Positions 13,201 to 23,776 of a DNA stretch of 64,000 bases are shown in pieces. The notes beneath the pieces were generated by a model. The model searched no databases, was not told the origin of the DNA, and worked only from the letters and a program-made list of their open reading frames with translations. Each line of letters opens with the position of its first letter. Position 1 is the first letter of the stretch. Both the position numbers and the translations under genes were made by a program. Source of the DNA: Asterias rubens (Eukaryota); NCBI RefSeq assembly GCF_902459465.1, contig NC_047066.1:4402001-4466000 (forward strand). Reading direction: 5' to 3'.

Positions 13201-16200
13201 TGGCAGCGGGTACCACAACAATATAATGTTAAACATCTGTTATTAATATTATCTTAAAATTTAGGTTGAGAGGGACTCACCGTTCTTATTCCACGTAAAG
13301 GTGTCCCTGAGTTTCTGACCTTCAATCTCCATATCAAGCCTGATGGGTACTAGTGTCTCTGGCATGTCTGCATTGTCATGGATTATGGCTGGATCATGAT
13401 CATCATAGCTGCGGAAGAACAACATTCAGGGATTGAAATGATACACAATGAAAGTGTATAAACTCTTCGCTTATGGTAAACAGAGCCATGGAACTAGTTA
13501 AGAGCACTGCACTCAAACTCTGGTGTTTTTGATTAGCAGAGTCTGGGTTTTGGTCCAAGTCGTGACACATGTGTCCTTAAGCAAGGAACTTAACCTTGAT
13601 GCTTCGTCCTTAGGATAGGGCGTTGAGCCGTTGGTCCCTTGTGTTGTGTAACACACATAAAAGAACCCAGTGCACTTATCAAAAAGAGCAGAAGCCCTGG
13701 TGTTCCTGGTTTGATTGGCTGCTTATTACACCACAGCACCTTGTAAACCATTGTATGAAGCTATGTAAAAATGAGTGGGTCTCTTAATTCAAACCTAGTC
13801 CCACATAACTTGCAGGAAAATACGAATGTTGAAGCGCCTTGAGCATCACTGAGTGACAGATATCATCGCTAAATATAAGAAGCCACTATACTACACTTAC
13901 CACATGGGAAATGTTCGTTGTCTTTTCGGACCGACTCGATTACGAGAGATGCTGGTGGAGCACGGTACAGCGTCCAGGTGATGTGAGCTGTTTGGTATAG
14001 CTGGTACCCAATCCCTGCTGCGTTTGGGTTTAGCTTCTCGTAGGTTATTGGTGTCTGTGCTGATTGCGACTGCCCGGTACTTTGAATCCCGGCCCTCGAG
14101 GATCTCCTCAACCTCTGTGGACTTCAGGAGAGTAACGTTGGTGGCAAGTCCATGTTGGCCGAAACCTAAAATAGAATTAAGATTGTTAGGTTTTGTTCTG
14201 CCTCGACGGCATAGTGGGTATGGAGGGTGGATGCATTTATGCGAGTAGGAATGAGACAATCACATGGTAACAAAGCATCAAATTGCCAAAGTATTGCAAA
14301 CTTGAAAAATAAGTTTTTCTAATCTCGCACACATAGAGCTCTTTGAACAAGCCCAACTAGGTCGATCACTGTTCTGTCTGGCTTTATAGTAAACTCTTCA
14401 ATTACATAAGGGCCAACGCATGTGTCACCCTGGTTTTGGCCTTGGTGCCCCTTCACAAGTTTTTTATAGAATTTAACATAAAAGCATCCTGTGCAACTAA
14501 TGCAAAATGGCGTCTTGAAGATGATAATCTAGGCCAGTTCAATCATAGGCACATGTATATATCCTAAACTGATACCAAGGTTACCCATCCTGATATAACA
14601 GAAATTTACTTGACTACAAAATGAAGAAAAACATTACGATTGACAATTTAAAACCATTTGAGTGGAGGAACTTTTCTAATTTGCCATACATGTATGGCAA
14701 TACATACATGTATGTATTTTACTTTGTGCACAAAATAAATTCCAATTTTGTTAAAACTACATCCTAAAACACCAGGTCATCATTCCCATGCCACTTACGA
14801 TCTCCTATTGTGACTATTTTCTTGCGTTCTTCTACTGTTGCCAACTTTCTCCATAGCGATGGGTACTTTTTGTAGAGTGAGCCACGGAACATGCGCAGAT
14901 AGTACCCAACCTGCAAAACAAAATTGAAATATTATTATTTGTTTGATTTTTTTCTTCATTTTTTCTGAAAAGTTTATTCCACACTTATAATGGATTTTAT
15001 AACCTTTTCCTTTTCTATGGCTCACACAGGTTTTTTTTAAAAAGGGAAATAAAGGCAGAAATTCACGGCAAGTGGTGTGTCGTGCAGAGCTGTATGCTTC
15101 ATTTTTGAAAGGGCAAAGGCACCAAGGCAATTTCTCCTTGGTACAGGGCACCCTATAAAGGAAATTGTAAATTTCTACTGCAGCATTTCAAGGGCATCAA
15201 GGCAATGACCAGGGGGCATGGAGGCAATCGCCTTCGTTGCCTCTGTGCCTCTTTGAAGTATCAGGCAGAGTCGTTGTCCAGCGGTTGAGCTCCGGTAGAG
15301 GCACTTGTGTCCTGATAATAAGCTAGACACTTTGTAAACCACTGCTTCATGCTTCGGATGGGACATAAAATAAAGCTGTAGGTCTAGCTCCTGTGGCTGT
15401 GTGTGTTGTTTAAAAAACCTATATCAACGCACACAAAAGGGTCCTACTACTTGCCGTCAACTCGCCGTCAACTCACTTCGCCGTCAACTCGCTGTCAACT
15501 CCTCCAATATACATTTAAAATCCACAAAAGAAACATAGAACTGTAAAGTATCAGCTCAAAGAGAATTCGCGAAAGTTTTAGGTCATATTTCGGAATAAAA
15601 ATTGAGTTTTTTTCTCTTGAAAAAATTATCTCGAAACAGCAAAACCGTCGGCCGCCATCTTGCTTTTTCACATTGATTAGTCTTGGCCCAAGATGTCAAT
15701 GACTGGTACTTTTTTTTTATCAACACAAAGTCGTTTTTGTGAATGAATTTTTACTGAAAACCATGAGAAATATGTAGTTTAGCCCAGACTTAACACTTCC
15801 GTGTACCATTTATAAATTTTTCATGTAAATTTAATGAGTTGACGGCACGAAAATGAATTGACGGCGAGTTGACGGCAAGTCGGCAAGTTGACGGCAAGTC
15901 GGCGAGTTGACGGCAAGTAGTAGGACCGCACACAAAATATCCCAGTAAATATCAGTAAGTATACACACTTATCGCAAAGAGACTAGAACTATTTCGGTTT
16001 CTACCGCTATCGTCTCCTGTAACTATAAAATGTATTCAGAGTTCCGTATTCAAACTCAGAATGAAACAGCAGGTAAATTTATTTAATGGCCTTTTGATTG
16101 ATATTGATTGAAAACTTTTCTGTTGTAATTCATAATTGTGTACGACGTACGAGGGGAATGTGCGTGCTTCAGCAGGTTCACGCTTTGAATGGTCAAACAA

Positions 16201-16591
16201 TGACTGAGTTGAGAGGGGAACAAATCCGTATCCTGCCACCACCTTTTCCGTTTAAATATGAGATTTCTAACAACAATAGCAATCTCATAAACATATTAAA
16301 ATCGCTCCAACAGGCGGAACAACACACAAAACACACACGTCATAGTTTGACATCGATGAAATCATAGATGTAGAAATATTGACAAAGAATATTTCAACGA
16401 ACGTGAACGTTCCAAACTCTATATTCTGCGCCCAATGTACGGGTCTCTTACTTTAAATTCAACTGATTTGAAATCTCACTTACCTCAGAACCGATCATGA
16501 ACTTGTCTCCACCTTCCTCAAACTGGAAAACATCAGGTTTTTTGCCGTAAGTTCGCGGAGGAATCGGGACTTTCTCACCGTTGGCCGCCAT
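7270..16591 (-). CDS. SMARCB1: SWI/SNF (BAF) core subunit SMARCB1/SNF5/INI1, full length, 381 aa
   Basis: Coding exons (minus): 16484-16591, 14799-14910, 13901-14165, 13281-13408, 11524-11693, 10251-10441, 8124-8255, 7270-7309. All introns are GT-AG with matching phases; 1146 nt in total. Translation has TYGKKP...[26 protein letters not shown] (winged helix), [34 protein letters not shown] (RPT1), [18 protein letters not shown] (RPT2) and [26 protein letters not shown], all recognisably SNF5. Confidence 0.97.
7811..8012. mobile_element. 202-bp MITE with ~40-bp TIRs in last SMARCB1 intron
   Basis: GGGACTTTTCGTTTTCAACGACGGATGGTTTTGCGACGGT versus ACCGTCGCAGAACCATCCGTCGCCGAAAACGAAAAGTCCC, with TA on both flanks. 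Confidence 0.8.
8518..8888. mobile_element. TTAA-flanked MITE, second Kolobok-like family (second copy 26983-27368)
   Basis: TIR AGGAACATTACAGAATTGG ... CCAATTCTGTAATGTTCCT, with TTAA on both sides; the homologous copy at 26983-27368 also has TTAA flanks. Confidence 0.8.
10518..10848 (+). mobile_element. MITE with ~30-bp CCATAGAAAT TIRs and internal GTATGGCAAAAT repeats (second copy ~23083-23400)
   Basis: CCATAGAAATAGAACCCAGAGAACGCTGAG ... CTCAGCATTCTCCGGGTTCTATTTCAATGG; the homolog at 23083-23400 has a decayed right end. Confidence 0.75.
12050..12429 (-). mobile_element. Family-A MITE, complete (SMARCB1 intron 5)
   Basis: TTAA-AGGCAGTGGACACTATTGGTAATT ... AATTACCAATAGTGTCCACTGCCT-TTAA. Confidence 0.85.
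12868..12970 (-). mobile_element. Second tRNA-like dispersed repeat (fragments at ~8320-8410, 13185-13230, 31820-31900, 32690-32820, 50940-51000)
   Basis: Reverse-strand B-box GGTTC(G/A)AAT(C)CC and A-box-like TAGTCTAGTTGG within a recurring GCAATTCTAGAGCAGTGTCTT...GATTGCCCGGTAGCTAGAGGCAGTTCGAAT unit. Confidence 0.6.
15439..15928. mobile_element. Non-autonomous Mutator-like (MULE) element in SMARCB1 intron 1
   Basis: TIR GGGTCCTACTACTTGCCGTCAACTCGCC / GGCGAGTTGACGGCAAGTAGTAGGACCG, with a 9-bp direct repeat CACACAAAA at 15430-15438 and 15929-15937. The MULE call rests on the TSD length. A remnant of the family is at ~54930-54968. Confidence 0.75.
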
Positions 16592-16625
16592 CTCGTTGTG
16601 TTTGTAAAACAAAAGCAACTACAAG

Positions 16626-16641
16626 ACGCCCTCTCGTGAAA
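16626..16641 (-). promoter_or_regulatory. Conserved 16-bp element TTTCACGAGAGGGCGT upstream of SMARCB1
   Basis: Identical 16-mer also at 20956-20971 and 25115-25130, each 34-36 nt upstream of the ATG, with diverged flanks. Confidence 0.7.
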
Positions 16642-18510
16642 TATTTTGAGGGAAAACACGTGGGGGGAGGGGACTACCCAGGAAAAAGGGGAGGGTGAAT
16701 CCCGAATCGCCTTTTAATATACCAGATTACAATGCGGTAGTTTGTTTATTCTTATAGCTTTGTCCTTCAATCACATCTTAAATGACAAGGCTCTAATTTA
16801 ATGTTGATGAAGAAAAAAAACCTGGGTCAAGTTTGGGTAAAGTCTTTGGATTGAATAACCCGAGTTAGTTTTACTCAAAGTTTATATTTGTTTGTTTTTA
16901 GTTTTACTCAAAGTATATATTTATATTTGTTTGTTTTAAAGTATCTAAGTGTTTATCATAGTGATTTTTTTATTTATACTCTATTCGAGGATTGGATAAG
17001 CAGGCTTTTGAGTCATAGTGTAGTAGTACGCTTTTGTTTATCCTGGCCGTCTTAGAATGTATTGTTGTCCCTTCCTTCCTCCACATCCCGTACCTGTCCT
17101 GCACCCTTTTGTCTAATCCCGCTCCTCTAGTTACCCTGTATTTAAGTTACCTTTTTTGAAGTCTTATTATCCTTTGTTTTACTTGTATGTATTTGTTTTT
17201 GACACTGGCCGAATAAATAATAATAATAACAATAATAATAGTAGAACTGACCTAAAAAAATATTGCAAAGATGTAGTCATAAAGCCAAACAGGGCTATAA
17301 GCCATTTCAGCCAGGACTGGTGAACTTTCATTTCTCAAGGCAGAGGCAAGCATAAAAACCTTCCAATTTCCCAGAACAGAGGCAACTTAAAAACTTTCAA
17401 ATAGAGGGAGCCAGTCATTGAATGTCTTTCCTTCACCTCTTAAAAGTCTGGCAGCATAAATCATTTTAAACTTTAAAATAATGAGTATTTCCTAGATATA
17501 AGAAATGAGAAATAAATGAATAAATAAAACAATACAGACAGTTGATACTTTTAGAATCTTTAATTTTATATATTATTTCTGTATATAATGACTACATATG
17601 TTTAAGACTCTTTTCAAGACATTTCAAAGAATCTCGGCAGCACAGCAAAATAAATAAAAGTTCACAGATTTACAAATAACTTAAAGGGTTTACAGAAGGT
17701 AATGGTTAAACACTTCTCTTGAAATATTATTCCATGAAATGCTTAACTTTTTGAGAAAACATTAAAACAATTATCAATTCTCGACATCGAGAACTACATA
17801 GGGAAACAAGGGTGGGTTTTCCAGTTATTTTCTCCCGACTCCGATGACCGATTGAGCCTTAATTTTCACAGGTTTGTTATTTTATATATAAGTTGTGATA
17901 CACGAAGTGTGGGCCTTTGGACAATACTGTTTACCGAAAGTGTCCAATGGCTTTAAAGACACAGGACACCTTTGGTAATTTTGTCCAAGACCAGTCTTCT
18001 CACTTGGTGTATCTCTACATGTGCACAAAAAACAAACCTGTGAAAATTTAAAATCATTTGGTCATCCAAGCTGCGAGATAATAATGGAAGAAAAAACACC
18101 ATTGTCACATGAAGTTGTGTGCTTCCAGATATGGTTGATTTCGGGACCCCAAAATCCAATTCTGAGATCTCAAAATCAAATTTAAATATTTTAGTGGAAA
18201 ATTACTTCAAGTTCTTTCTTGAAAACTACAAGTTCAGAGGGAGCCGTTTCTCACAATGTTTTTATACTATCAACAGCTCTCCATTGCTTGTTACGAAGTC
18301 AGTTTTTATTCTAACAATTATTTTGAGTAATTTCCAAAAGTGTCCACTGCCTCTATCCCCTGGCTTAGGCTCCATCTCTTGCTTTGGCTCTGCGACATGC
18401 TACGGTCGCAGTAGAAATGCAGTGAGCATGAACTGGCTATCAGGCCTTCACATTTTTGGAGCAGTGTGTATTTTGCACACAGGGGGTGGTTCCAACATCC
18501 AATGGCACCT

Positions 18511-18745
18511 GGGCCCAATTTCATAGAGCTGCTAAGCACAAAAATTTGCTTAGCATGAAATGTTTGCCTCGATAAAAACAGGACTACCAACCAAATGTCC
18601 ACATGATTTTCAGGATAATCAAACAAATACCATTAGCAAACAAAATGCAACAAATGGAAATTCGATTAGTAATCCTGTTTTTATCAAGGAAGAAATTTCA
18701 TGCTAAGCAAATGTTTGTGCTAAGCAGCTCTATGAAATTGGGCCC
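18511..18745. mobile_element. GGGCCCAATTTCAT-TIR MITE (family B). Other copies 3985-4226, 37637-37885, 41935-42128, 49478-49716, 52977-53212
   Basis: Long TIRs GGGCCCAATTTCATAGAGCTGCT(A)AGCAC ... GTGCTAAGCAGCTCTATGAAATTGGGCCC, ~235 bp, no ORF. Superfamily uncertain (possibly PIF/Harbinger). Confidence 0.8.
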
Positions 18746-19167
18746 TAGAGCCGGAGCTGAAGCCGAAGTATGAGAAAGGTTTCAGGTATTAATACATACT
18801 TTGGTTTGCGGTAACACCATGTGTGTATCTACTTGCCAGGTAGAGTTTGTTCTTAGAGAACTGTCTTTCTTTATTCTACTACCGCAGAGTTGATTATCGG
18901 ATGTTCGGGAGACTTCTCAGTTCTGAAAAGAACTGTCCTGCTTTTGAACTACTACCCGGAAGGTATAGAAATAGGCTGGGACTACTTCCTTCAGGTATTG
19001 CTGTTGTGCAGTCTCCAGGGGAACCTCACCTCAGGATTGGTTCCTTATACTTGCCATGATTCAGTATGTATCAACCATTGTTCCGCAGATTTGCGTTGCC
19101 TAATAATTGAAGCATGACCTTGCACTAACTGATAAGGCTATTTGCGGTGCCACTGATTTAATCACTT

Positions 19168-20919
19168 TCATAATGGAGCCTGCTCAATAGTGTCCATGTA
19201 CTTCAACCAGTCGGGTGTTAAGAACAAATATTCATCAACCTCGGAGCTTGGGCTAGGCGTAAGTTGGAGTTCTTTGTGCACAGTTAACGGACAGGCCACA
19301 GTGGAGTGTTTTGCTTCGGGAGCCTTCACAGTCTTTGTATAAGCGGATGAGCGGTACTTTGCATCTCTGCCAGCGAGGATCTCCTCTATCTCTGAGACCT
19401 TTAGAAGAGTAATGCTGCTGGGAAGTCCATGTTTGTAGAGACCTTAAAATAAAAAACAACATTGTAATTGTAAGGCGATTTTTAGCCAGGTGGTGGTGGT
19501 GAATATGTAGGGAAGGTGGACACTGGCCTCGATAATGAGAACGAAAATGTTAACAATGCACACCCTTGATTAGTTAATTAAGCGTATGAGTATTCTGCAT
19601 GAAGCAATTCAACCAAAAGAATGCGCTCTCTTTGCACCCTGATTGTGATCGTTTTCGTTATCGCTGCAGTCTAAACGACAAGATGGTACAAAGCATCAAT
19701 TAATGGCCAAATTATTGCAAGCCAGGAACTAGGCCACGCATGACCTCCAATGCCCCATGTCTTGGCCTTGTTGCCCCTTTAAGAGTTTCCCTATGACTGT
19801 AAGAAATGCCTTTGTAAGGTGAAAATGGAAGTGCCCTTTGTAAAATGAAAATGGGCATGCGCTACAAAACAGCTTGGTTGAATTTATTTTAAGACACTGG
19901 ATACTATTGGTAATGTCAAAGACCATTCTTCTCTCTTGGTGTATCTCAACATAATATGCATAAAATGACAAACCTGTAAAATGTTTAAGCTCAATTGGTC
20001 GTTGAAGTTGTGCGATAATAATGAAAAAAATAACAATTTAACACCCTTGTCACACGAAGTTGCTTTCAAGACCTTAAAATCTAATTCTGAGGTCTCAAAA
20101 TCAAATTCATGGAAAATTACTTCTTTTTCAAAAACTATCTTACTTCAGAGGAGGGTTACGTTATCGCAACTACTTCAGAGGGAGCCGTTTCTCACAATTT
20201 TTTTATAATATCAACAGCTCCCCATTTCTTAACCAAGTGGGCCTAAGGTTTTATGCTAATAACTATTTTGAGTAATTACCAATAGTGTCCACTGCCTATA
20301 ATGGTTATACTTTCTAGGTCACTTACGTCGATGTGCTGTCTTGGCTATTAAACAACGTTGTTCTCTTGTTGGTTTCTTTCTCCTAAGAAGAGGATACCTT
20401 TTGTAGACTCCGCCAGCCATCATGTCCAGATACCACCCCACCTGCAAACCACCAAAAAAAAAATAACTTTGTCAATGTTTGGCTTCCAGAGCCAGAGGAT
20501 TTTTTTCAGGGAAATTATAGTATACAGGCAGAAATTCATGGTCCAAGATTTTCAAAATACACTCAATATTCGTATTACAAATAATTGTTGTTATTAAAAA
20601 TCGGCTGTTTTCGACAGGGTGCTAAATTTGTTTTTGTGCATGTCCCAAGTTTGCAGCAAGGTCCCGTAGTGATACAGCGCTGTACTCCATTTAGAAAAAA
20701 ACACTCTCCCTCGGACCATGGCATTCACATTCACAACTGTAGACTGTACTGTACCATTTTACGAATCTCTTACTTTCTAATTGAACCGATGGTATGAATC
20801 GTACTTACCTCAGTACCTATCATATACCTTTTTCCACGTTCCTTAAACTGGAAAACATGTGGTTTTTTGCCGTAAGTTCGTGGAGGTACGGGAGCTGCCT
20901 CATCGCTGCCCTCCGCCAT
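19168..20919 (-). CDS. SMARCB1-like paralog A: winged-helix-only protein, 166 aa, 3 exons
   Basis: Exons 20809-20919 ([37 protein letters not shown]), 20327-20441 (VGWYLDMMAGGVYKRYPLLRRKKPTREQRCLI...), 19168-19442 (...HGLPSSITLLKVSEIEEILAGRDAKYR...EYLFLTPDWLKYMDTIEQAPL*). Intron positions and phases (0,1) match SMARCB1 exons 1-3, splice sites are GT-AG, and there is no internal stop. Expression is not demonstrated. Confidence 0.85.
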
Positions 20920-20955
20920 CTCTTTCACGTTTTGTGCCTGATGGTGATTTACAGC

Positions 20956-20971
20956 ACGCCCTCTCGTGAAA
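20956..20971 (-). promoter_or_regulatory. Same 16-bp element upstream of paralog A
   Basis: Plus-strand ACGCCCTCTCGTGAAA, 36 nt from the ATG; a G-rich GC-box-like tract (GGGTGGGGGCGG, ~21001-21012) lies further upstream. Confidence 0.7.
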
Positions 20972-22129
20972 CAGAAAAGGAGAAAACACAATGGTCGGGC
21001 CGGGTGGGGGCGGAACCACCTAAATCACAGTTTTCAAATAGTTCATAGTTCAATTTCAAGGTTTATTGTTCAATTCAACCATTTAAAATGACAAAATATA
21101 AAATTGAAGGAGACAAAACTTAAATAATAGATTAAAGTGGGGGAGTCCGCTGGCATTTAAGGAGTTCAAAACTCATCACTTATGTCATGTTCATCCTCCA
21201 TGCTTCCCTTGTATGTCTTTGTCTTATAGTCATGCTGATGGTCTTAGTAAACTATGCATTTTGTTTGTAGGCCTATTCTCAGCTTGCATCATTGTATTTT
21301 CACTTATTTCTTCACAACTTGTTTCCCACCCTAAGCAGCGACCACACCACTACACAGCAGTACAAAATGCCATACAGTACAGTTTGTTAATCCTCAAATC
21401 AAAATATCAAAGATCTTGTTTCATGTTTATGCAACCGAAAACCATCAATGAATGTTTTGCATTTGAACAATGTTTTTAATTCTTAAAAGATTGAATTTGT
21501 TGCAAACTGACATACAAAATATTGCAAAGATGTAATATTTGCAATATTTTGTAGGTCAGTTTACAACAATGTCAATAGTTTATACTTTTTAACTAAAATC
21601 TTTTACAATTTTATACAAATCTGTACATAATATTGATTTAATTGTAATTATTTTATATAACGTCCTTTACACTATGGGTTTTTGCCAATAAAATACTATA
21701 AATAAGTTGAACAAAATAAAAATTTCAGCCTAAAAAGACGTTTTAGCTATTTACATCATTTATGGTTGAACCTGTAAAAAAAAAAACATTTCAAGCTCCA
21801 TGATGAACAGCCGCTTCCTGTGGCAGGTGGAAACTGTCACAATACGAGGCTCCACCATTGATGTCCTCACTCCGTCCATAAACCAGCAGTACATAAAATA
21901 ATGGTTAATAGAGATATTCATAGAATATCTGCTAGCAGTGCTAGAGAATATCATTACATGGTGTTACCGCAAACCTTCGTAATTCCACCATGCAAAGTTT
22001 CAAATTCACTTAAAGACACTGGACACTATTGGTAATTGTCAAAGACCAGTCTTCTCACTTGGTGTATCCAAACATAATATGCACAAAATAACAACGGGTT
22101 GTTTTGAAACCTGTAAAATAAACTCACTT

Positions 22130-22269
22130 GGAGACTTTTAGGACGCTTGGTGGCAGCAGACTTACCAGGTGAAATCCATTGTTCTCGGTCATATGCGCAC
22201 GCTCAGAACTACGTAAACAATGGGAATATACCTGGTAAGTCTGCTGCCACCTAGCGTCCAAAAGTCTCC
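22130..22269. repeat. 140-bp palindromic insertion inside a family-A MITE
   Basis: GGAGACTTTTAGGACGCTTGGTGGCAGCAGACTTACCAGG / CCTGGTAAGTCTGCTGCCACCTAGCGTCCAAAAGTCTCC; a right-arm remnant is at ~62763-62812. Confidence 0.8.
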
Positions 22270-22675
22270 CATTGGTCATCAAAGTTTCGTGAGAATAATG
22301 GAATAAAAAAAAACACCCTTGTCGCACCAGTTGTGTGCTTTTAGATGCTTGATTTCGAAACTTCAGCTGAGGTCTGAAAATCAATTCAATATTTTAGTGA
22401 GAAGTTAACTCTTTCTCAAAAACTACATTACTTCAGCTGTTTCTCACATTGTTTTATACAACCAACAGCTCTCCATTACTAGTTACAGAGTAAGTTTTTA
22501 TGCTAACAATTATTTTGAGTAATTACCAATAGTGTCCAGTGCCGGCCCTTTAAGAAAAATATCGGCATAAAACCCATGATATGATTTGTGACCAAATCAT
22601 TAGTACTTAAAACAGACTAGATTTCAGGTCAATGTCAGGCAAAAATTAATTCAATATCAGGCATATTTGCTTTAA

Positions 22676-23030
22676 AGGCAGTGGACACTATTGGTAATTA
22701 CTCAAAATAATTATTAGCATAAAACCTTTCTTGGTAACGAGTAATGGGGAGAGGTCGATGGTATAAAACATTGTGAGAAACAGCTCCATCTGAAGTGCCA
22801 TAGTTTTCGAGAAAAAAGTAATTTTCCACGAATTTGATTTCGAGAAAATCATCCATCTAAACACACACAACTTCGTGTGACAAGGGTGTTTTCTTCTTTC
22901 ATTATTATCTCGCAACTTTGATGACCGATTGAGCTCAAATTTTCACAGGTTTGTTATTTTATGCATAATGTTTGAGATACACCAACTGTGAAGGCTAGTC
23001 TTTGACAATTACCAATAGTGTCCACTGCCT
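22676..23030 (-). mobile_element. Family-A MITE, complete. Further copies or fragments at ~3590-3920, 9003-9227, 17957-18352, 19892-20297, 22013-22545, 33661, 34395-34612, 35060-35435, 36829, 38559-38898, 43594-43745, 50217-50610, 61278-61640
   Basis: Same TIRs and the internal signature GTCACACGAAGTTGTGTG...GAGCTCAAATTTTCACAGGTTTG in all copies. Confidence 0.85.
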
Positions 23031-23516
23031 TTAATTAATTCTACTTGAGTTGTATAACCTAGCAGGCTGATATTTAGGGTTTCCATAGAAATTGAACCCG
23101 GAGAACGCTGAGTTCGGCCGTCCTCTGTTGGCGTGACATATCGATAAAACGCAATACGCATGTATGGCAAAATGATCATCACGTGACACGCGTGTATGGC
23201 AAATTGAGCATACGTGACACGCGTGTATGGCAAAATGGCAGCGCACATAGACCGTTCCCATGTTTTCATTGGTCAATGTGACGTCTACTGTATGGCAAAA
23301 TAATTTGCATACACGCGAACAAAAATGGCATATGCGAGTCCATAAAAATAGTCACACAACGAAACCGTATCCACAGTGACACACTTAGCATTCTATTTCT
23401 CTGCGGTTCCAAATACTTGTCACTGTCCAGTAGTAATATCCATCAATGCACTGAAAGCCTGGAAATTGCATTGATTACAGATGAATATTGCGGTGCCAGA
23501 GAATTAATCACTGTCA

Positions 23517-23776
23517 TAATAGACTTGTGGACAGGTCTTTAAATGTCTGTCGTGGTGATAGCGTTCCGACTCTATTCCGAATCTCCCTGCAATTCCTGCG
23601 GTATTCTCGTGAGACTGCTGCCCCCACGAGTCTACTGCTCTCATGACTACAGTCCAATGGGGAGTAGAAGTGGGCAACCAGCAGCTTGCCCGAGAGTAGT
23701 GATCTCGCGAGAGCACCACCAAAACTTGACTATCTCAGCGCGGCAGACCACTAACAACCTGTCCACAAGTCTACTA
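23517..23776. mobile_element. 260-bp MITE with 19-bp TIRs and 3-bp TSD at the stop codon of paralog B (relative at ~63590-63835, inverted)
   Basis: TAATAGACTTGTGGACAGG ... CCTGTCCACAAGTCTACTA, with TCA at 23514-23516 and 23777-23779. Paralog A shows the empty site (TAATCACTTTCATAATGG). Confidence 0.8.

Noticed and set aside
15175-15366. ORF in SMARCB1 intron 1 as an extra exon
   Set aside because: Exons 1 and 2 already join in frame, and part of the sequence is a dispersed repeat (GGGCACCAAGGC family, also at ~19740, 29500, 61895).
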